A DNA stretch of 64,000 nucleotides from Verrucomicrobiota bacterium (lineage in GTDB: Bacteria > Verrucomicrobiota > Verrucomicrobiia > Opitutales > Cerasicoccaceae): assembly GCA_039818205.1 (NCBI GenBank), contig JBCBUK010000001.1, positions 320,001 through 384,000 of the forward strand, given 5' to 3'. A model generated the notes under the pieces. It saw only the letters and a list, made by a program, of their open reading frames with translations. It had not been told where the DNA came from and ran no database searches. A program made the translations under genes and the position numbers. Each line of letters begins with the position of its first letter. The first letter of the stretch is position 1. Below are positions 57,972 to 64,000 of the stretch, piece after piece.

Positions 57972-60900
57972 TTACTTACCCCATCCGAAGAAGTTGAGCA
58001 CCGCCAATGCCGAGTCGAGGAAGCCACCGCTCGAAGAGCTTGGCGCATCGGCTCCCTCGCCATCGACAGTAACAAGTTCCGCAACCTGGGTCTCGTCGAG
58101 GTAATCATCGTCCTCGTCCGCGGGCTCGTAGGAAAAGTCCTTCACGGTCACTACATAATCGAAGTCATTAACCGTGTCACCACTATCGTCTGCGCTCCAA
58201 TCATGTAAGCCTTCGACCTGAAGCGTGCCGTCGCCGTCGAGGAGAACGACATAGAGGAACAGCTCAGCGGATTCTTCAGTAAGCGGATGCGCAATCGTTT
58301 GAACCGCTCCGGTAAGCTCCCCAAAGAGTTCGGTATCGGATGCGACCAGCACTGGGTCTCCATCGACTAGGGCCTCATCGACTGCAACGACCTCACTTCC
58401 GTGCAGGCTGATATTCACCGTATCGCCCACGCTCCAATTGGCTGCTGGAACGGTAAAGTGCTCCCGTAGCGATTCGAGAATCTCGTTGCTGTTCGACGCC
58501 CCGATTAAGTCTGAACCATCTGCAAACCCAAGGCCATCAACCACCGAACGGACTCGGTTGAGGTATGCGGCATTGTCGATGCTGCCCTCGTATGGAGCCG
58601 TGTCGACTTCGCGCCACCAATCCTTCTCGGCGCGAACGTCAGACCCGTTCAAGAGACCACCCAATTGGACATCCTTGCCGGCCTCTAGGAAGATTTTGGA
58701 TGCACGATTATTGTTCCAACTGGTAACGTAAGCATCGGAGCCCAAACGCAGATTGTGTTGTGTCTTAATCTCGATGTCCGAACCACCACTCGCGACGATT
58801 CCATTGATTTCGATATCACCGCCACTTTGGAGCTTCCATTCTCCATGCTTACTACCGGCAAATCCATCGACCGAGTAGCCCTTGGCAATCCAGCCATCAA
58901 CCTTTTCTTCGGCATAGAGCAGACCGTCAATGTTGAAGGATCCGCCAAGGCTCAAGTCGATTTCGCCAGCACTGAAGAGTGCTCCGGTCAAGTCGACATC
59001 ACGCGCCTTGATCGTAAGTTTCTTGTCTCCAGTAACCGCAACCAATCCGCGAATATCTTGATTGTAGTTAGAATTCTCAATTTTGAGATCTTCCTTGGTT
59101 TCCAGGCGGGCCAGCTCGCCAATGACAATGTCTCCACTGGCCTTTAGCTCGCCATCTTTCTTCGCAACTGCGTCTCCGAAGAACTCGAGGCCCTTAGCAC
59201 CATTGAGCTTGAATTTCTCGCCGTCGAGATCGGCGGCAATGGTGGCTGTGCTGTTCCAACTATCCACCTCAATATCCTTTGGCGTGGTGACTGAGCCATG
59301 AAGTGCAAGCGCCTTTTCGGATTGGATTTTGACACTCTCGCGAGCCTCGATGATCGCGAATGCATTCAGTTCACCGTTCCAGGCCTTAAACTCGACGTTC
59401 TTGTTGGTCACAATGCTACCGTCGAATGAAAGATCGGCTTTCGATTCCAGCTTCACCGTATCGCGGGCAGTGATCGGCGTCTGCAGTTCGAGCATTCCGC
59501 CCCATGACTTAAATTCAACGCCCTTGCCTGCAGTGACAACGCCGCTGAAGACGATATCACCTTCCGACCCAACCTTGATCTCTTTGCCAGCGGTCAAATC
59601 GCCCACGAGGCCGATTCCGCCGGCCCAGGCTTCCAGTTCGATCTTGCCGGTGGACTCGATATCGCCTTCGAGGTCGATCAAGCCTTTCTCGGCTTTCATC
59701 GAAAAGTCTCCTCCAGCCTGGAGATCTCCATTCAGGTGAATCGAGTCATCCCAGCTTAGTATTTCAACCTTATCGCCCGCAGTGATGTTCGCATCGATCG
59801 TGATCTCATCCTCGGCCTTAATTTTGATCTCATCACCGGCCGAGATATCCGCGCTGATCGAAGCAAATCCATCGTAAGCCGTGATCTCAATCTTATCGCC
59901 CGCAACAATTGTTCCGGCAACCGTAGTGGTATCGCCATCGCGTGAGGAGATCTTCAACTTTCCGCCAACCGTCAATGCGTCATTCAAGGTGAGTGATCCA
60001 CCACTGACACTCCAGTCAGCATCATCCCCGACAAATACGTGGCTGTTCAGCGCGACATCTCCTGGTCTGCCGTAGACATTGATCTTTAGGTCTTCAGCTG
60101 CGTCAATAAGTCCCTTTTCGCGGGCGAAGTTGAAGTCGACCAACTCAAGACCATCACGAGCACTAATATCGATCTTACCGTATTTGCTGTCATTGGTAAC
60201 GAGATACTCGACGGTGATGCTTCCCTTGTAAGCGTTCAGTCTGATATCGCGATCCTCCGATTCCGCATACGTGACGAGCAGATCGCCAGCGAGGTCGACG
60301 TTGATCTTACCTTCGACATCAACAAAGAGTTCAAAGTCATTCTTGATGTAGCCCGCATGCAGGTCACGACCAGTATCGCGGTTGAACCGATCAACGTTCC
60401 AATCGAAATCCTTCATGTTGCCCTGACCACCACGACCGAAGATCTTGTCCTTCGCGTAGAAGAGAGCGGTGTTAGCTTGGAGGTCGAGCTCATCGTCTTC
60501 ATCGATCTGGATGATTTCACCCGCCGCACTCAGCGAAACTTGTCCGTGCTCGCGGCCCGCGAAAACACGGTCAATGTAGATATCTCCATCAAGCGAAAGC
60601 AGTAGCGAGTTGTTGCCGTTGGCATCCGTGATCGATTCAACGTCGTGCGCGAAGATATCGTCCAACGCCTTCACTCGGATCTTACCGTCAGCATTCGTCA
60701 CCGAACGCAAGATTATCGAGTCGGTCTCATGAATCTCGAGGATACCGCTCTCACTATGCGAACGGATTACATCGTTAACCTCCGTCTGCAACATGATGCC
60801 ATTGACCGCCTCGGCACTGAGGAGGTGTGACGTCAGTGGATCGGCGCTACGCATGAAGAGCAACCCTCCACTGGACAAATGGACCTCACCATCCACAAGA

Positions 60901-63900
60901 TTGGTGTTCAACCTACCGAAGATGTCGAAATCGCCGCCTGCGCTGAGTTGAGCAATGCGCGCCTGCAAGGCCGCCGTATCCGCAATGGTAAATCGACCGC
61001 CGGCGGCAATCTGCATGAGTTCTTCGGCGGTTATTGAACCGGTCACCAGAAAGTCACCACCAACCGTCAGGATCAGGTCGCGGACCGAGAGTTCACCGTT
61101 GAGAACAAAGTCACCACCGATCTCGAAGGAAATCTGTCCGCCCGCACGAATTGCTCCATCGAGTAGCAAATCATCGCCTGTCTTAATGGCCAGGTCGTTG
61201 CCGGTCTCAATCAAGCCAGTTGGCTCGACGACTAGGGATCCACCGACATCCAGCGAACCGTCATTACCGGCAGCCAACGTACCAGTGATGTTGGAGTCAC
61301 CACCAGTGGTGAGGTCGAAATCGTTACCGGCCAGCACGGAACCCGAGAGGTTTAACTCACCTCCAAGTGTCAAATCTAGGTTGTTGGTAACGGCTACCAA
61401 TCCCGCAATAGTCGTGTCTAAGCCGGCTTCGAATGTTGCCGACCCCTCGATCGTGACCTCACTACTGTCATCAACCACCCAAGTGCCTCCTTCGCTGAGA
61501 GCCACATCACCTATCGTGTTGAGGTGAGCCGAATTCGTCAGGCTAAGGTCTCCGGTGATGCCTAAGTCTAGTTGACCATTGATGACCTCCAAGACACTTG
61601 CATTCGTGATCGCGAGGTCGCCGCCCACCGTGCCAATCAGGTCGCCGTCGGTGACGCGCACCGTGCTGCGATCACGGATGGTAAAGTCTGATCCGGTGCT
61701 CAAGGCAATCGAGCCAGTCGTGACCGTCAGTTGACTATCGAGGTCAACCAAGAGCGATTCACCAGCGCCCAAGTCGAGATCGCCCGTTGTGATTGCAAAG
61801 CTTGATTCATCCGTGACGTTAACCGAGCCAACGGTGCTTACCTCAACTGAACCGTTCGTGAAAGTCGCCGCGCTACTGTCGGTGATCCGCAAGTCCGCAC
61901 CCGTATCAATCGAGCTTGAACCGTTCTCGACGCTCAAGGTGCTGCGAACTGCACTGATCGAAGCCCCCGCATTCATGACCAGATTGCCATCAAGCAGAGC
62001 TAAGGCACTGTCAGTCAGGTCTACCGAACCGCCCACGCTCATCGTCGCATCGCCACCGCTCATAGCCAGCGTAGACGTGCTCAGGATAAGGTCCGAACCG
62101 GTCGAGACGGCTACGGCACCTGTCATCGTGACCAACGCGTTGTTAAGCTCAAAGAAGCTGCCCGTGGTTACCGAAGAGTCGCCGGTCACTCCGAGCTCAC
62201 CAGTGATCACACTCTCTTGACCACTCGTTAGCGCAAAGTTGCCTCCAACCGATCCGATTCCCGCCAGGTTGAATACTGTTCCAGCATCGATGGTCAGATC
62301 GCGCGCCGTCACAATTTGGCTACCGGCGGCAAGCTCCACTTCGGTCGCCGTTTCGATAATTGCGCTTCCACCAGCATCAATCATCTGGGTGAAGCTGAAG
62401 TCCCCACCACTCAGAATTGTGAGGTCGTTACCCGTCGCGATATCGCCCGAAACGGAAATCCGCTCACCAGCGATCAAGCTTGCATTCAGTGCCGCCCTAA
62501 CCTGACCGGCAATCGTGATCGTATTGAGCGCAATACCCGAGAGACGGTTACCTGAGTCCAGGCTACCAACAACCGAGATGAGTCCGCTTGAATCAAGGTT
62601 CAGGTCAGCGCCCGTTGCAATCGAACCATCAATCAGGATGTCCGATCCAGCGGTGATGGCTCCGAGACCACCTGCGTCAACTGAACCAGCAACTGTGACT
62701 GCGCCCGCAGCGTCAACAGATACCGCGTGGGCAGCATCTAAACTACCCGTCACCGTAACGATATCTCCGGAATTGAGATCGATTTGTGCACCGGAATCGA
62801 TTGTCCCCTTCACATCAATCAAACCGCCCGAGGTAATTTCAGTGGCTAGTCCAGAAGAAATCGGACCGTTGACCACGACATCTTCACCCACATCAACTGA
62901 TACCCGCGCTCCAGCGATGATCCCACCGCCTGCCAACGTAAAGTTGCCATTGGCCGATGCCAGAACCGAACCTCCGGCATCAAGCTCACCGGTGATGGAT
63001 AGCGCTCCAGCGATTGCTTGGAGATTGATTGTTGAACCCGCAACGATCGAACCAGTCAGGTCGATGTCTCGGGCCGAAACGATGCCTGCCGTCGCCCCAG
63101 CGTTAATATCACCTTCTATCTCAACGAACGCAGCCGCCTGGACAATTGCTGAGCCGCCAGCGGCGATCGAACCAAGAATTCGCGTCGCACCAACTGAATC
63201 AACCGTTGTGCTGCTGCCGGAAGTCAAATTGCCGTCCACGATGACGTTGCCGGTCGCATTGAGTCGCAGGGTTCCATCCTGTGCCGTGACGTCATCGTCA
63301 ATCTGGATGTTGCCACCCGCGGTAAAGTCGGCGTTGCGCATTGCCGTGACGAGACCAGCGATCGAGATCAATCCGCCCGCATCCGCAATAAAGTCTTCAC
63401 CGCTTAGAACTGGACCTGCGATGGTTGCTTGTGCGCCCGTTATCAGCTCGACGGTTCCGCCTGAGGCAATCCCGCCACCAGTCAAATTAAATGCCGCATC
63501 CGACTCAAGTGTGAGGTCGCCATTGGTCGTCAGATTTCCGCTAACCGAAATATCCTGAACGGCGCTAAGCGAGGCATTGTCGCCAGCCGAAACGGTTCCA
63601 TCAATCGTCAATCGATCAGCACTCTCGATGGTCACATCGCTCAAAGTCGACTGTAGGCTACCTTGAACCAAAAGCGTGCCGCCCGACGTGATCTGGACCT
63701 GACTCTCTGCGTTTGCTGCTCCTGCAATCGTAACGGTGTTGCCCGCATCAATTGTTAGCTCATTGCCACTTGAGATTGGTCCGTCGATGGTAACGCTGCC
63801 ATCCGTCTCGATGGATGTCGAGTTACCCGAAGTAACCGCACCGCCGTTCAGCGCAAAATCCGATCCAGCGTCGATTGTCAGTGATTCAGCCGCACCGAGA

Positions 63901-64000
63901 TCGCCCTCAATTGTAATGCGTCCGAGCGCGTCTAACGATAGTGCGGACCCCGATAGTACTGAACCCTCGATTGCCAGACCCGCTCCGGCGCTGACCTGAA
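57972..64000 (-). CDS. Giant beta-helical repeat surface protein/adhesin (filamentous-haemagglutinin-like), 5' end outside the window
   Basis: Frame stays open to the window edge (>2000 aa). About 20-aa G/A/S/T/D/I-rich repeats such as 'I.AGG.I.I.G.V.A'. Confidence 0.8.
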   Translation of the reverse strand, partial: QVSAGAGLAIEGSVLSGSALSLDALGRITIEGDLGAAESLTIDAGSDFALNGGAVTSGNSTSIETDGSVTIDGPISSGNELTIDAGNTVTIAGAANAESQVQITSGGTLLVQGSLQSTLSDVTIESADRLTIDGTVSAGDNASLSAVQDISVSGNLTTNGDLTLESDAAFNLTGGGIASGGTVELITGAQATIAGPVLSGEDFIADAGGLISIAGLVTAMRNADFTAGGNIQIDDDVTAQDGTLRLNATGNVIVDGNLTSGSSTTVDSVGATRILGSIAAGGSAIVQAAAFVEIEGDINAGATAGIVSARDIDLTGSIVAGSTINLQAIAGALSITGELDAGGSVLASANGNFTLAGGGIIAGARVSVDVGEDVVVNGPISSGLATEITSGGLIDVKGTIDSGAQIDLNSGDIVTVTGSLDAAHAVSVDAAGAVTVAGSVDAGGLGAITAGSDILIDGSIATGADLNLDSSGLISVVGSLDSGNRLSGIALNTITIAGQVRAALNASLIAGERISVSGDIATGNDLTILSGGDFSFTQMIDAGGSAIIETATEVELAAGSQIVTARDLTIDAGTVFNLAGIGSVGGNFALTSGQESVITGELGVTGDSSVTTGSFFELNNALVTMTGAVAVSTGSDLILSTSTLAMSGGDATMSVGGSVDLTDSALALLDGNLVMNAGASISAVRSTLSVENGSSSIDTGADLRITDSSAATFTNGSVEVSTVGSVNVTDESSFAITTGDLDLGAGESLLVDLDSQLTVTTGSIALSTGSDFTIRDRSTVRVTDGDLIGTVGGDLAITNASVLEVINGQLDLGITGDLSLTNSAHLNTIGDVALSEGGTWVVDDSSEVTIEGSATFEAGLDTTIAGLVAVTNNLDLTLGGELNLSGSVLAGNDFDLTTGGDSNITGTLAAGNDGSLDVGGSLVVEPTGLIETGNDLAIKTGDDLLLDGAIRAGGQISFEIGGDFVLNGELSVRDLILTVGGDFLVTGSITAEELMQIAAGGRFTIADTAALQARIAQLSAGGDFDIFGRLNTNLVDGEVHLSSGGLLFMRSADPLTSHLLSAEAVNGIMLQTEVNDVIRSHSESGILEIHETDSIILRSVTNADGKIRVKALDDIFAHDVESITDANGNNSLLLSLDGDIYIDRVFAGREHGQVSLSAAGEIIQIDEDDELDLQANTALFYAKDKIFGRGGQGNMKDFDWNVDRFNRDTGRDLHAGYIKNDFELFVDVEGKINVDLAGDLLVTYAESEDRDIRLNAYKGSITVEYLVTNDSKYGKIDISARDGLELVDFNFAREKGLIDAAEDLKINVYGRPGDVALNSHVFVGDDADWSVSGGSLTLNDALTVGGKLKISSRDGDTTTVAGTIVAGDKIEITAYDGFASISADISAGDEIKIKAEDEITIDANITAGDKVEILSWDDSIHLNGDLQAGGDFSMKAEKGLIDLEGDIESTGKIELEAWAGGIGLVGDLTAGKEIKVGSEGDIVFSGVVTAGKGVEFKSWGGMLELQTPITARDTVKLESKADLSFDGSIVTNKNVEFKAWNGELNAFAIIEARESVKIQSEKALALHGSVTTPKDIEVDSWNSTATIAADLDGEKFKLNGAKGLEFFGDAVAKKDGELKASGDIVIGELARLETKEDLKIENSNYNQDIRGLVAVTGDKKLTIKARDVDLTGALFSAGEIDLSLGGSFNIDGLLYAEEKVDGWIAKGYSVDGFAGSKHGEWKLQSGGDIEINGIVASGGSDIEIKTQHNLRLGSDAYVTSWNNNRASKIFLEAGKDVQLGGLLNGSDVRAEKDWWREVDTAPYEGSIDNAAYLNRVRSVVDGLGFADGSDLIGASNSNEILESLREHFTVPAANWSVGDTVNISLHGSEVVAVDEALVDGDPVLVASDTELFGELTGAVQTIAHPLTEESAELFLYVVLLDGDGTLQVEGLHDWSADDSGDTVNDFDYVVTVKDFSYEPADEDDDYLDETQVAELVTVDGEGADAPSSSSGGFLDSALAVLNFFGWGK

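Noticed and set aside
62515..63558. 347-aa plus-strand ORF and similar antisense ORFs (59329, 60955, 61789, 4051)
   Set aside because: These are antisense shadows of well-supported genes with biased codon usage and show no recognisable motifs.

Overview
Bacterial genomic DNA of moderate GC. The PEP-CTERM/exosortase genes, GH86-like glycoside hydrolase, ebo cluster and MPRAPRIE-type transposase remnants suggest a marine PVC-superphylum organism, probably Verrucomicrobiota (inference). From left to right: (1) a GT1 glycosyltransferase, a goxA/goxB-type CTQ oxidase pair with a divergent secreted RidA, an orphan response regulator and a GH86-like hydrolase. (2) An ebo cluster (eboB-E-C-D-F) lacking eboA, preceded by a YdjY-like protein, a secreted terpene-cyclase-fold protein and an 87-aa ORF. 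(3) A lactonase. (4) A ~35 kb divergent exopolysaccharide/PEP-CTERM locus (18.5-54 kb) that contains its own signalling chain: H-NOX, two hybrid histidine kinases, an RsbW-GAF-PP2C enzyme, a stand-alone STAS protein and a WecB/TagA glycosyltransferase fused to two STAS domains. (5) A lipase and a secreted nuclease. (6) An AT-rich island with two paralogous membrane-protein genes set among GGGGTCA repeats and two internally deleted Y1/RAYT-like transposase remnants. (7) The 3' part of a giant beta-helical repeat protein. The best candidates for undescribed systems are an NO-responsive partner switch acting directly on an EPS glycosyltransferase, and the GGGGTCA-delimited cassette-like island. 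All calls come from reading motifs by eye; no database searches were run.
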